DNA of 64,000 bases. Origin: a virus. Shown here piece by piece: positions 1 through 9,998 of this stretch. The number at the start of each line of letters is the position of its first letter. Within the stretch, counting starts at the first letter, position 1. The notes under the pieces were generated by a model that saw nothing but the letters and a program-made list of their open reading frames with translations, searched no databases and had not been told where the DNA came from. The position numbers and the translations under genes were made by a program. The stretch spans positions 7,260 to 71,259 of IMG/VR virus record IMGVR_UViG_3300027740_000183; one strand, given 5' to 3'.

Positions 1-8
1 TTTATTAT

Positions 9-1145
9 GTGACTGCAAACGCGGTTAGACCAACTACGCTTTATAACGTACCTATACTTTCTCAAACTTGGGAAGAGGCACAACTGCTACTAGGTCCCTC
101 TGCTACTAACAACGATTTACTCATTGGTGCAGAATTGGTACTTAATGATAATGGCGCTCCTGGGCTGTACACTTGTCAAGCTTATGATAGCGATAGCGAT
201 GGTGTGGTTACAGTAAGCGATGTGAACACCGCGATTATTGCTACCGCGTTGAATTCAGAACTAACTGATATCATTGTGTTAAACAGTTATGGTTCGTTGT
301 CAACTGCCTTATCCAACAACGTGCAATGTAATGATCCTTTTGAAAAGAAAGAAAGAGCACTGTGGGTTGGAGCGCCAGTTAGTACCACGATAGGTAACGT
401 AACTACACCAGATACTTTGGTGTATTTAGCCAAGAATACTCTTCAAGTGTATGGGGAGTCACAGGCACATGGCACCCGAGTGCTTGTTGGCAACGTGACT
501 GGTGTGAAGACGATAACGTTAACAGATGGGTCTCAAGTTGACGTGACGTTAGATGGGTCGTTCGCAGCAGCGGCAGTTGCAGCGCTAAACGCTTCATTTA
601 CTAATCCTAACACAATGCTGCTACGACAAAACATTAGTGGATTTAAGTCATTAAACACCTATAATGAGGCACAGGAGTTACAACTTATTGCTGCTGGTAT
701 TATTTATTGTAGTAATCAGGGAAGCACAACAAGTCCTGTATACCGAATTGAGGAGTCCACTACAGTAGATGCCAGTTCTGATGACAATAAGGAAATAAAT
801 GTGGCTATAAATCAGAAGACTTATGTTACTAGAGACGTAAGAACCAGCATGGATAGCGCACTTATTTCAATAGTTCCCCCAAGCGAACAAGCCGGTGTAT
901 CTATTGTGAAGGGGTACTTAGTTTCAAAATTAGCACAATTGGTAGCTAGTGGTATAACCGGACCTTATCAAGACAGTAACGGTAACGTGAGACAAATCAA
1001 TCCAGATAGTGATGTCGAAGTATTTAGAGCTACTAATGATAAAACTCTGTATCACTTTAAATATTTTTATTATGGAATTTATGGAATTAAGAGACTTTTT
1101 GGACTTTTCTCGACAGACAGGAAATTTTGGAATAACAACGTATAG
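9..1145 (+). CDS. Tail sheath protein, C-terminal part (probably 5'-truncated by window edge)
   Basis: Sheath-like C-terminal pattern (RIEESTT..EINV..KTYVTRDVR..LV..G....Y); lies upstream of tube-like gene. Confidence 0.7.
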   Translation: MTANAVRPTTLYNVPILSQTWEEAQLLLGPSATNNDLLIGAELVLNDNGAPGLYTCQAYDSDSDGVVTVSDVNTAIIATALNSELTDIIVLNSYGSLSTALSNNVQCNDPFEKKERALWVGAPVSTTIGNVTTPDTLVYLAKNTLQVYGESQAHGTRVLVGNVTGVKTITLTDGSQVDVTLDGSFAAAAVAALNASFTNPNTMLLRQNISGFKSLNTYNEAQELQLIAAGIIYCSNQGSTTSPVYRIEESTTVDASSDDNKEINVAINQKTYVTRDVRTSMDSALISIVPPSEQAGVSIVKGYLVSKLAQLVASGITGPYQDSNGNVRQINPDSDVEVFRATNDKTLYHFKYFYYGIYGIKRLFGLFSTDRKFWNNNV

Positions 1146-1185
1146 TAAAAAATTCTATAATAATATCATAGTTTTATAAAGTATT

Positions 1186-1812
1186 ATGTCTACAACTAAA
1201 GTTTGTAATTATTGTGGTAAAACCTTTCAAGCTCGTGGAAAGAATGGTAAATATTGTCAAGAGTGTTGGGCAATACCTATGCCTAAACCGTGCCAAGACG
1301 GAAATTGTAATTGCGGAAAATTAGTGTATACGCGTTTTAAGTATTATGCTAAAGGTTGCCCAAATAATAGATTTGGGACTGCTTTGGCAAAGTGGGGTAA
1401 ATACGCGGAGTATAAGCATACCGGAATAATGATGCGTTCTAAATTGGAACGAGATTTTGCGCATGACTTAGATAAGTTTTGTATAAAGTGGGAATATGAG
1501 CCTTTTTTGAAAGGTATTGTTATTGATGGGATTGTACGCGCTTGTCTCCCTGATTTTTATATCTCAAAACTTCACACTTATATTGAACTAAGACCTAAAA
1601 AACTTATAGATAATAATCTAATTTCTAAAGTAAAATCAATACGCAACTCAGGTAAAAGAGTAATAATTGTTTCTGAAAAGAATAGGTATAAATTACTTTT
1701 AAAACTATCCCAAGAATACAACAGCACTGTAATTGCAGAAAATATAAACAGCAGTCTTTTAGATGACAATCCCATAAACCAAGAAGATTTATTGCTATTT
1801 CAAGCAGTTTAA
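1186..1812 (+). CDS. Free-standing PD-(D/E)XK endonuclease with N-terminal Zn ribbons (homing-endonuclease-like)
   Basis: CxxC pairs, then MRSKLE..FA..LD...IKWEYEP..PDFY motif; sits between sheath and tube. Confidence 0.65.
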   Translation: MSTTKVCNYCGKTFQARGKNGKYCQECWAIPMPKPCQDGNCNCGKLVYTRFKYYAKGCPNNRFGTALAKWGKYAEYKHTGIMMRSKLERDFAHDLDKFCIKWEYEPFLKGIVIDGIVRACLPDFYISKLHTYIELRPKKLIDNNLISKVKSIRNSGKRVIIVSEKNRYKLLLKLSQEYNSTVIAENINSSLLDDNPINQEDLLLFQAV

Positions 1813-1841
1813 TCGATATAGCTATGGATATATAAAATCTA

Positions 1842-1856
1842 GTTATTTAATATTAT
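1842..1856 (+). promoter_or_regulatory. Candidate late promoter GTTATTTAATA(C/T/A)TA
   Basis: Same motif at 10876, 22526, 22546 (partial), 31707, 46595; all + strand and intergenic, upstream of late-region genes. Confidence 0.6.
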
Positions 1857-1864
1857 AAGTTAAT

Positions 1865-1883
1865 TGCTCGATACGTCGAGGCA
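1865..1883 (+). promoter_or_regulatory. 5'-UTR hairpin with UACG tetraloop before tail tube RBS
   Basis: TG-CTCGA TACG TCGAG-GCA followed by AAGGAGG and ATG at 1902. Confidence 0.55.
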
Positions 1884-1901
1884 GTAAAGGAGGCAAAAAT
1901 T

Positions 1902-2423
1902 ATGCCCATCGGAACACCGCCAGGAACCCCAACACCAGTTGCTCAAGTATATCCCATCGATTATACTCATCCTAACGCGCCCTCTATTAAGACTTGGCAC
2001 GGTATTGCAATTGTAGTGAATGGTAAAATTATAGGAAGAATACAGTCATGGAACCCTAAAATGTTTGCGCGATCAGGCGCTCATGTGTGGGAACTTAACC
2101 ATCTTAGTTTTGGTAGAGCGGTTGACTATGTTCCTGGTAAAAACAACGATTATTCAATTTCGGCTAATCGGCTTGAAATGTGGAATGATGAATTTGAGTT
2201 AGCGTTGGGATTTCCAGCGGTATGGTCAGACCTGATAGATCAAGACCATCCATTCACGATTGACGAGCATTGGTACCGAGGCAGGTCTATATACAGGTCT
2301 TGGACATACTTTGGGTGTTGGTTCACGTCGCGGGTTGAAGGCGCTTACGAAGCGGAATCGGATTCCCCTAAAGTAATTGCTAACGCGGAAATAGCTTTCG
2401 TAAACAGGTTGAAGACAGCATAA
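1902..2423 (+). CDS. Tail tube protein
   Basis: 173 aa, beta-rich, tube-like pattern (IVVNGKIIGRIQSW..ELN..GRAVDYVPG..Y.GCWF), strong RBS, follows sheath. Confidence 0.7.
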   Translation: MPIGTPPGTPTPVAQVYPIDYTHPNAPSIKTWHGIAIVVNGKIIGRIQSWNPKMFARSGAHVWELNHLSFGRAVDYVPGKNNDYSISANRLEMWNDEFELALGFPAVWSDLIDQDHPFTIDEHWYRGRSIYRSWTYFGCWFTSRVEGAYEAESDSPKVIANAEIAFVNRLKTA

Positions 2424-2433
2424 AGAGGATAAA

Positions 2434-2748
2434 ATGAATAAAAATATAGCAAACAGATTAATGAGAGTAGCTACATTGTTACAAGTAGCAGCAAAAGCAA
2501 AGTATGAAGTTACTGTTACTTATAATCCTGATCAAAAATCTTCTAAATTAAAATATGTAGATTTGGATAGATTAGTAGCCAAAACTTTAAAAAAGAGACT
2601 TAGTGATGCTGGAATGGGACCGAATGGAAGAGATTTATTTTTTCCTTGTGCCTCTGAAGAAGAGGCAGCTAATTTAATTAAATTAGTCAATAAAAAGCTA
2701 AAACCAGTACTTAAGGGAGTTAAAGCAACTTATTCAAAGATTGGATAA
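2434..2748 (+). CDS. Hypothetical protein with N-terminal RLxxVA motif
   Basis: RBS GAGGA; begins MNKNIANRLMRVA. Confidence 0.6.
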   Translation: MNKNIANRLMRVATLLQVAAKAKYEVTVTYNPDQKSSKLKYVDLDRLVAKTLKKRLSDAGMGPNGRDLFFPCASEEEAANLIKLVNKKLKPVLKGVKATYSKIG

Positions 2749-2790
2749 ATTGCAGTGTGAAACAAATAAACAAATTGGAGGTATAAAGAA

Positions 2791-3721
2791 ATGGGTATTA
2801 AATTAGCAAAAAGTGATCCTATCATTGTTGAACTAGATAGTATTGCTACCGAGTTAGAGAAGGAAGGTAATGTTGTATTGGCTCGCATGGTTGATGAGTG
2901 TTCTGAAGAGCTTCTCAATCCCCCCAAGTCAGTCAGCAAAGAGAAGACGGCACGGAAAGCGCGAACCGCTAAAGTAAAAACAAGTAACAAGAGAGTTGTA
3001 AGAGCAGCTTATGGGGAACTTAAAAGCATTACTCGTGACTTGATTAAAGAAGGGGATCGCAAAAAACGCTCGCGAAGTTCTTAAACTTGCTGAAGATCTA
3101 AAGGAAGAGTATGAAACTTTAGAGGAAGGTGAGGAAGAGTTACCAGAGGCAGAAGAGATTGAAGATGGTGAAAAAGAGGATCTTGATGCGCTAGAAGACG
3201 AAAAAGCGGAAGAAGAGGGTGTCGAAGCTTTAGAAGAACCCGCAGAAGGTGACGAAGACCTAGAAGAGCTAAAGGCTGCACTAGAAGATGAGTTAGCAGG
3301 TGAGGAAGAAGCTCCCGTGGAAGGCGAAGAAGATCTAGAGGAGCCCGTTGAGGAAGAAGAGGAAGAAGAGGCTCTTGAAGAAGGTGATGAAGATCTAGAA
3401 GACCTGGAAGACCTAGAAGAAGGCGAAAAGGGTGACATTGAACTAGAAGATAAAGATTTAGAAGAGCTAAAGGCTGCACTAGAAGATGAGTTAGCAGGTG
3501 AGGAAGAAGCTCCCGTGGAAGGCGAAGAAGATCTAGAGGAGCCCGTTGAGGAAGAAGAGGAAGAAGAGGCTCTTGAAGAAGGTGATGAAGATCTAGAAGA
3601 TGATGATATCGAAGAGCTAAAAGCAGAATTGGCTGTGTTGCAAGCAAGGCATGCAGCTAAGAAAGCGAGGAAGGCAGTGAAGAAATTGACTAAAAAGAAC
3701 AAGAAACCTGCCAAAAAGTAA
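2791..3721 (+). CDS. Highly acidic scaffold-like protein interrupted by +1 frameshift in A6 run (3061-3066)
   Basis: Removing one A joins ORF 2791 to the Glu-rich frame (EGDRKNAREVLKLAEDL), which is open to 3721. Confidence 0.6.
3261..3600 (+). repeat. 142-bp direct repeat (3261-3402 and 3459-3600) in the acidic gene
   Basis: Identical copies offset by 198 bp. Confidence 0.9.
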
Positions 3722-3746
3722 ATTGTTAAAGTAGTTGAATTGTGTA

Positions 3747-3780
3747 GAAACCCGATTATGTTCTAGTCGGGTTTCTTCTT
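3747..3780 (+). terminator. Intrinsic terminator
   Basis: GAAACCCGA..TCGGGTTTC followed by TTCTT. Confidence 0.65.
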
Positions 3781-4861
3781 GTCACAGCCAGTATTAAAAA
3801 TTATGTCACAAAATATTAAAAATATATTAAACAATATTCAAAATAACTCATTAAATCTTAGTAAACTAATGTACAGAATTAATGTGGTATTGGATATTTG
3901 GAAAGGTAATTATGGTGCATCAAATTACTGGAAAGGACTTAATAGCGCTGGCATAGACTATCGTAAGAAAGAGTGGGTTGAAGTTTTCAATACGAGCTTG
4001 ACTATCTATAAAGAGTTGGAGTCTAATGTTGATGAGTTGCTAAAAATATATAACAAAAACAAATATTTAGATAAATCCATTGTTACGTCTTTTCAACAAG
4101 AGTTTGTAAATAACAGTTTGTTAACAGAAACTTTAGTTAATTCTCTTACTAATTTGTATGTGGAAGATCAAGAGGCGGTAAAGACTTTTTGTGACAGTAT
4201 AAAAAGAGTAAGTTATTTTGGGCATTCCATACATAAATTTGTGGAAATGATTCAAAATTCTTACTTTGACAGGGCAGCAGACACAGCAAGTAAAGAGGTA
4301 GAAGAAACAACAAATAAGTCGTTCAAAGAGCAATTAGAGGATTTTGTAGTAGAGCAAAAAAAGAAAGAAAATGATGTTTCTTCCTATGACAAGTGGGTGA
4401 GTAATCAATACAGTTTTCTTAAAAATGCGGCTAGTCCATACACCCATTTGTTGCAGAAAGACTTAAAATATGGGATTTGTGAAGTTCCTGTTTTCTTATC
4501 CAATGCTTATATGGATAAAGCAAACATGTCTAGGCTACGACAGGTTGGTTATAAATTATCAAAAATGTTAGGTAACTATATTCTTATTGAAAATGCTTTA
4601 CTGTTTGGTATAAAAATAGAAGAGTTAGAAGATCAATCCCAGTTCTTCCAAAAGTGGGAAGAGTTGATAAAAGAGCAAGTTGTTAACGCTAGAAATGGAT
4701 CTAGTACCAGTAATGTGATAGTTAACAATAATTTAGTACCAGTTGGACCTTTAGTAAAAAAGATGGGTCATCTGTATTCCTTGCTTATACCAAAAGATTT
4801 TGTAAGTAATCTTAATAGTAGAAATTTCGTTTTGAAAAGCTGGGATATTAATATTCGTTAG
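3779..4861 (+). CDS. Hypothetical protein
   Basis: 360-aa ORF in the tail module; no recognisable motif. Confidence 0.6.
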   Translation: MSQPVLKIMSQNIKNILNNIQNNSLNLSKLMYRINVVLDIWKGNYGASNYWKGLNSAGIDYRKKEWVEVFNTSLTIYKELESNVDELLKIYNKNKYLDKSIVTSFQQEFVNNSLLTETLVNSLTNLYVEDQEAVKTFCDSIKRVSYFGHSIHKFVEMIQNSYFDRAADTASKEVEETTNKSFKEQLEDFVVEQKKKENDVSSYDKWVSNQYSFLKNAASPYTHLLQKDLKYGICEVPVFLSNAYMDKANMSRLRQVGYKLSKMLGNYILIENALLFGIKIEELEDQSQFFQKWEELIKEQVVNARNGSSTSNVIVNNNLVPVGPLVKKMGHLYSLLIPKDFVSNLNSRNFVLKSWDINIR

Positions 4862-4903
4862 TGCTTTAGAAAATATTAAAAAATCATTAAAAGGAGTTAA
4901 AAT

Positions 4904-5587
4904 ATGATCACAAAAGATTTAGGAGAAAAAGTAGATTTACAGAAAACGGCAGCGGAAGAGGATTCTTGGGTAAGTGCGGAGCAAGCAGACGCAGAATTTG
5001 TACCCGTACCTAAGAAAGAAAGGGCACCTAGAAAGCAAAAAGAAACAAAAATAGTAGACAAAGAAATAACCAACGGGGTAGAGGACACAAAAGCGTCTCC
5101 TCAACTTAGAAAATTCAGGGAATTGTTTGGGTTGCAAAGAGTAGAGGTAAAGTATTATAATTTAACTCGACGCAGTCAAGACGGAGAAAGTAATGAATAT
5201 GTAAAGATCGGTCTTCGCGCTATGAATTTCGAAGATTTTCAATGGTGTTTGGAGCAAACTGCTGCTATCACACAAGATGTTAATCAACACATATTTATAA
5301 ATAGCGAAGCGATAGCCCAGGGGTTTGCGTGGAAACAAGCCGTTATTGCTATTTCTGTTTGTTCTTTAGACGGTGTTCCAATTTATGAAGTGTTTGGGAT
5401 GGATAAACAAGATGGTGATTCTAATTATCCTAAACTATTTGTTAGAATCCAGGCAGCATCTTTATTACTTGCTGAGTTAAAAACCACACTTTATGACGCT
5501 GTTGATGAACTCCATGATGCCATCCTGGCTTTAGTAAAGTCTTATGATGCTCGTATTGTGGAGGAAGCAAAAGACCCTTTAGTATAG
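4904..5587 (+). CDS. Tail assembly chaperone (G-like)
   Basis: Lies between tube and tape measure; ends just after slippery heptamer C CCT TTA. Confidence 0.65.
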   Translation: MITKDLGEKVDLQKTAAEEDSWVSAEQADAEFVPVPKKERAPRKQKETKIVDKEITNGVEDTKASPQLRKFRELFGLQRVEVKYYNLTRRSQDGESNEYVKIGLRAMNFEDFQWCLEQTAAITQDVNQHIFINSEAIAQGFAWKQAVIAISVCSLDGVPIYEVFGMDKQDGDSNYPKLFVRIQAASLLLAELKTTLYDAVDELHDAILALVKSYDARIVEEAKDPLV

Positions 5588-6063
5588 AAGACCTTAAGAA
5601 GGTCGATTATCCTCTATGGCTTAAATGTAAGTTAGCGGGAAAGTTAAAAACCACAGTAAATGATCCCCGCTTTGAGAACTTGTCTTGTGAACAAGCAGAG
5701 TTGTCTTTGTTATTGGTTATAGAGGAGGAAAAGAAGACTATAGAACTTTATGAAGAAATGCTTGGGTTATCCTGGACTAAGGAAGAGGTGGAGAGGATAA
5801 CAAGTGATAAGAAAGAGGGTGTAATTAAATACCCTTCTAAGTTGGTATACCCTCTATCATTAATGATTAAACCAGATCTAATTGATATCTTACGATCCAA
5901 TTTTGGGTTAGGTCCAATTGATAAGGATGGGAAGAGCACTGCCTCACTTTCTCAAGTAAGTAAAGAAGAGTTTATAAACACAATGGGATTTAAATCATTC
6001 TCTTTAGAGAACGGAGAATTTGGGTCAATGCCTACTGTACCAACTTACGCAAAAAATCGATAA
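5575..6063 (+). CDS. Tail chaperone -1 frameshift extension (GT-like)
   Basis: X XXY YYZ heptamer CCCTTTA at 5575-5581; -1 frame open (PFSIEDLKKVDYPLWLKCK...) into ORF 5680-6063. Confidence 0.7.
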   Translation, partial: PFSIEDLKKVDYPLWLKCKLAGKLKTTVNDPRFENLSCEQAELSLLLVIEEEKKTIELYEEMLGLSWTKEEVERITSDKKEGVIKYPSKLVYPLSLMIKPDLIDILRSNFGLGPIDKDGKSTASLSQVSKEEFINTMGFKSFSLENGEFGSMPTVPTYAKNR

Positions 6064-6081
6064 AAGGAAATTTAAAATTTT

Positions 6082-8559
6082 ATGACTGATAAAAAACTAG
6101 ATCCTGCTGAGTTATTAAGGCAACGAGAAGCTAATAGATTAGCAGAGCAAGCACTTAAGTTAAAAAAAGATCTAAGAAAAGAAGAGGAAGATTATCTAAA
6201 ACTTAGAAATAAAGGGTTAGATTTTGGTAAAAAAGAACTGGACCAGGAAAAGAAACTTGGTGCAGAAAGTAGAAAGAGAGCGGATTTAGAAAAGAAAAAC
6301 TGGAATTTACAAAAAGCTCATCTTCTTGAACAAATAAATTATTATGACAAGTTAAAGACTAAATTAAAAGATATAAAGATGAATATGCCCTCTCTTGCTA
6401 TGGGGGGAATAACAGGAGCAGGGAAATTTGCGTTAGCAGGTGTTAAATTAGAGCTACAAAGAGTGCAACAAGGTGTAGATCAGTATCTTAGATCCCAGGG
6501 GGAATTAGGGATTACTGCGGTAAAAACGTCTAAAGCAATCAGTACTATTGGGAATACTTTTAGCAAATTACAGCAAAACCAAATGGGGGGTTTGCAGGTA
6601 GGTATTACAGATGCTGTTACAACTATTGGTAAAAACGTAGGGGAGGCAGCAAAAAGTGCGTTAGAATTAGGTAAAGATATAGCAAGTCAATGGATGCAAA
6701 TGGATATACAGGCAGGAAAGCTTGCTATAGTGTATGGAAAAAGTTTGGATGAAGTAAGAGGTACACAGCTTGATGTAATTGCAGGTCTTGGTGACATTCG
6801 TCTTTCTACAGATACAACAAGAGTAGGTATAGAAAATGTTACTTCTTCTTTAATGTTTCTTGAAAAAACGGGTGTTCTGCCTCTAGCTGAGGGTATTGAT
6901 GCCATGTCTTCAATGTCACAGCAATTTGGGTCAGGCACTGTAAAAGCAGCAGTAGAGTCTACTAAAGCACTGGAAACATTAGCTCGTATTCCGGACCTTA
7001 TATCTTCTCGTATCGAAAAAGCAGAAGGTAGAGTAGTCCGTTTTTCCGCCACTAATAGAAAAGACTTTATGAAGTCTGTTATGGATCTAAACAAACAATA
7101 TGGGCATCAAAATACGGTACTGAAAGCTATTGGATCCACCTTTGCCGGATTAGCAGTAGAGGCAAGGAAATACGGAGCAGCAGCGGATACAGCAACAGAG
7201 GTAGCTCAGGGGTTTAGCGGAGCCTTACTAAGCAACTCCGAAGATACTATAACATCTATGCAATCTGGTATGAGATTGGCACAATTGTTGGGATCTCCAG
7301 AGGGTCTTGCTAAGATTCAAGAGGGAATGAGTACTGAGCAATTAGAGCGCTTTAAAGAGATGTTGCCCACCATTATGGAAGAAGCAAAGGAAGGGTCTGC
7401 TATAGCCTTTTCTGATATCTCTAACATGTTGAGTGGTACAATGCAAGATGTTTTTGGGAGATTGCAATCGATAAAACAAATGGCTGGTACTGGATTAACG
7501 CTATCTACATCACAACGTGTTATGCAGTCGCTTGGGGTGAACACAAAAACCCCAGAGGGCAGGGCAATAGCGGCTAAACTATTACGCTCCAATACAGAAG
7601 CTGATTTGATGAAAATAGTAAATTCTGTGATGAAAGAAAGGGAAACGGGGGAAAAAGCGGTAGCTGCGAAGAAAGGAGAAAAAGAAGCAGCTATAACAGG
7701 TTTAGGACCCACTGCTAATATAGGCAACACGCTAACAAATATTGAAAAATACTTAGAAATGGAACTAGGCAAAAAATTAATTGATTTCACAGGAGAAGCC
7801 ATAGGATGGATTCAAAAAAATCCTAAAACAGCCGCAGTAGGTGGAGCGGCAGGAGCTGTGGGGCTTACTGCTGCTTTTGTACTTGGTGGTAAGCTAATAT
7901 CAGAATCTATTAAAAAAGCTCTTGGTTTAGGAGCAAAACAAATTGGTGTAGCCATGGGAGAGGTTGGGGAAGCAGCGTCTAAAGCAGTACCGGGATTAAA
8001 AACAGCGGGTAAATTTGGTAAAATGGCGGGATTAAAATTAATTCAACCAGTTCTAGAGATTGGATCCATAGGCTACCATGGTTATAAAGGAATGCCTGGG
8101 GAAGAAGAGTTGCCTTTGGAAGAAAGGGTATCTAAAGGGGTTAAATACGGAATAGGAAGAGGTGTAGCTAGCGCTTTTGGTTTTCGTGAATTGTCATCAG
8201 TCTTATTAGATCTAACTAGTGGCACTAAAGAATATTCTACTGCTTTAGAGATAGATAAAGAAAATTTAGGGAGAGCATTTGCAGAAGGAATGGAGCCAAA
8301 ATCTTCTAAGTTTGTACCCCTAACCACTTCTATAAACTCTCCAGTCCAATTACCACAAATGAATATTACTAGTAGAACACAAAAAGAAATTGTAGCAGGA
8401 TCTCCTACAGCTAACGCTTCTAACATCAAATTAAATCCTGATGGCAGCGCTACTGTGAAAACAACAGTTGTATTTGACCAAACAATACCAGGGTTTTCTT
8501 CCGCGATAGCACAATCAAATGCAGATATAGAAAGCAGTAAACGGATAGGCGGACCATAA
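6082..8559 (+). CDS. Probable tape measure protein
   Basis: 825 aa, helical, Ala/Gly-rich, directly after the frameshifted chaperone pair. Confidence 0.6.
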   Translation: MTDKKLDPAELLRQREANRLAEQALKLKKDLRKEEEDYLKLRNKGLDFGKKELDQEKKLGAESRKRADLEKKNWNLQKAHLLEQINYYDKLKTKLKDIKMNMPSLAMGGITGAGKFALAGVKLELQRVQQGVDQYLRSQGELGITAVKTSKAISTIGNTFSKLQQNQMGGLQVGITDAVTTIGKNVGEAAKSALELGKDIASQWMQMDIQAGKLAIVYGKSLDEVRGTQLDVIAGLGDIRLSTDTTRVGIENVTSSLMFLEKTGVLPLAEGIDAMSSMSQQFGSGTVKAAVESTKALETLARIPDLISSRIEKAEGRVVRFSATNRKDFMKSVMDLNKQYGHQNTVLKAIGSTFAGLAVEARKYGAAADTATEVAQGFSGALLSNSEDTITSMQSGMRLAQLLGSPEGLAKIQEGMSTEQLERFKEMLPTIMEEAKEGSAIAFSDISNMLSGTMQDVFGRLQSIKQMAGTGLTLSTSQRVMQSLGVNTKTPEGRAIAAKLLRSNTEADLMKIVNSVMKERETGEKAVAAKKGEKEAAITGLGPTANIGNTLTNIEKYLEMELGKKLIDFTGEAIGWIQKNPKTAAVGGAAGAVGLTAAFVLGGKLISESIKKALGLGAKQIGVAMGEVGEAASKAVPGLKTAGKFGKMAGLKLIQPVLEIGSIGYHGYKGMPGEEELPLEERVSKGVKYGIGRGVASAFGFRELSSVLLDLTSGTKEYSTALEIDKENLGRAFAEGMEPKSSKFVPLTTSINSPVQLPQMNITSRTQKEIVAGSPTANASNIKLNPDGSATVKTTVVFDQTIPGFSSAIAQSNADIESSKRIGGP

Positions 8560-8637
8560 AGAATTTAATTAAATTAGGTAATTTGAAAAATAAGTCAAGT
8601 CGGTAAATTAAAACAAGTTAAGGAGGATTAAAAAGCA

Positions 8638-8862
8638 ATGTCAGCTAAATTATTGAAATCATTAGCAAAAGGTAAATGCAGAGTTCAAAACGCAATAACT
8701 GGTGAAGTTGTTATCTATTGGCCTGGGGAAAAAGTATTAGATTCCCTTGTTATTAGATCAGGACAGGACGTAAATTTGATGAGTTATGCCTCAGTGGATC
8801 AATTGAGAAGATCTCCAAATTTAAAGTCATTGGTTAACGCGGGGCATTTAAGAGTTCTTTAG
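8638..8862 (+). CDS. Hypothetical protein
   Basis: Strong RBS AAGGAGG; 74 aa. Confidence 0.6.
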   Translation: MSAKLLKSLAKGKCRVQNAITGEVVIYWPGEKVLDSLVIRSGQDVNLMSYASVDQLRRSPNLKSLVNAGHLRVL

Positions 8863-8881
8863 TGCTATAATAAGTAAATAT

Positions 8882-9287
8882 ATGTTTTTAAAACTCTATA
8901 AAAATAGAGAGATGCCTGGCATTCCTTATAAAATTGTTACTAATTTAAAAGAAAATAATAATTTTAATAATAAACGTAAGGATGGAGATCCTTTATATTT
9001 AAAGTATTCTGATTATATAGTTATTGCGTATAAAGGTAAAGAAATAATTGGGTGGTTTTTGTTTAATATTAAAAAAAAATAAAAAAATTGTACTAATTGA
9101 CGAGGGAATTTATGTTATATCTAAGTATAGAGGTAAAAGTATATCGTCTTTGTTGTGGAAATTTGCTATAAAAACATTTAAAGTACAAAAAATAAAAGTA
9201 ATAACTATGAATGTTTATGCAGAAAATTTTATCATTAAACTTAAAGAAGAATATCCTGACATAGATTGGGATATTCTAGCACGTTAA
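8882..9287 (+). CDS. GNAT acetyltransferase interrupted by +1 frameshift in A9 run (9071-9079)
   Basis: YV..KYRGKSIS..L GNAT motif A in second ORF; removing one A fuses the two ORFs. Confidence 0.55.
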
Positions 9288-9293
9288 TATTAT

Positions 9294-9746
9294 ATGCAGG
9301 TAATTTGTTACGTGCATGGTACCCCTTTCCCTAAAGAAAGTTGTCACGAACATCATAAATCTCCTCGTGCGTTAGGTGGTCAAGATGACAAGGGCAACTT
9401 AGTTTATCTTTGCGCCAATTGTCACACTTTAGTACATAGGTGCGCTCAGCTATTTATAGGTAACAAAAGTGGTATTGCTGCCGATATAGCGAGTCAGGCG
9501 TACCCCACCCCAGCCAGCAGGTCCAGATTTTTTGAATTAGTGAAGACCATTATGTCTTCAGTTGCGGAGGCAGAGGACCTTGATTTAGGGAGGGAGAAGG
9601 CTATAATTATTCTTAGTCTAGATCATAGTACCCATAGTAAACTGAAGACTTTGGCAGGGGAAAGAAAAGAGAATGGGAGAAAAGTAGGTGTTAGTAGGTA
9701 TATAGAGGCAGTGTTACTACAGCACATACAGAAAAAAGGGTTATAA
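9294..9746 (+). CDS. HNH endonuclease with C-terminal ribbon-helix-helix-like segment
   Basis: HEHH..PRALGG.D...NLVYLCANCHTLVH; C-terminal IILSLDHSTHSKLKTLA..VSRYIEAVL. Confidence 0.7.
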   Translation: MQVICYVHGTPFPKESCHEHHKSPRALGGQDDKGNLVYLCANCHTLVHRCAQLFIGNKSGIAADIASQAYPTPASRSRFFELVKTIMSSVAEAEDLDLGREKAIIILSLDHSTHSKLKTLAGERKENGRKVGVSRYIEAVLLQHIQKKGL

Positions 9747-9998
9747 TTTCTTTTTGAGCGGTACCGTTGATTTTTTGTTTATCTCATTTTCGTCTATCAA
9801 AATGGTCTCTAAGCTGATCAGAATATTTTCTAATGATTTTAATGTTCTGACCAGCTTTTTTTGATTACTCTCAGACAATACGTTGGGATTAATATGTTGG
9901 AGTATTTTTTCTATTGTGGTATTGGTAACAAAACCATTAGCCACTTTTTGATCCAGCAAACTTCGATACTCTTTAAAAAGATTTTTCATCATTCCCAA
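9741..9998 (-). CDS. Hypothetical protein
   Basis: Part of a run of four consecutive minus-strand ORFs. Confidence 0.45.
   Translation of the reverse strand: MGMMKNLFKEYRSLLDQKVANGFVTNTTIEKILQHINPNVLSESNQKKLVRTLKSLENILISLETILIDENEINKKSTVPLKKKL

Noticed and set aside
2929-3714. 261-aa Ser-rich minus-strand ORF (and 3081-3647)
   Set aside because: Antisense shadow of the Glu-rich gene
6687-8429. Minus-strand ORFs within the tape-measure, portal, ice-binding and glycosyltransferase genes
   Set aside because: Fully nested antisense frames with no motifs or RBS
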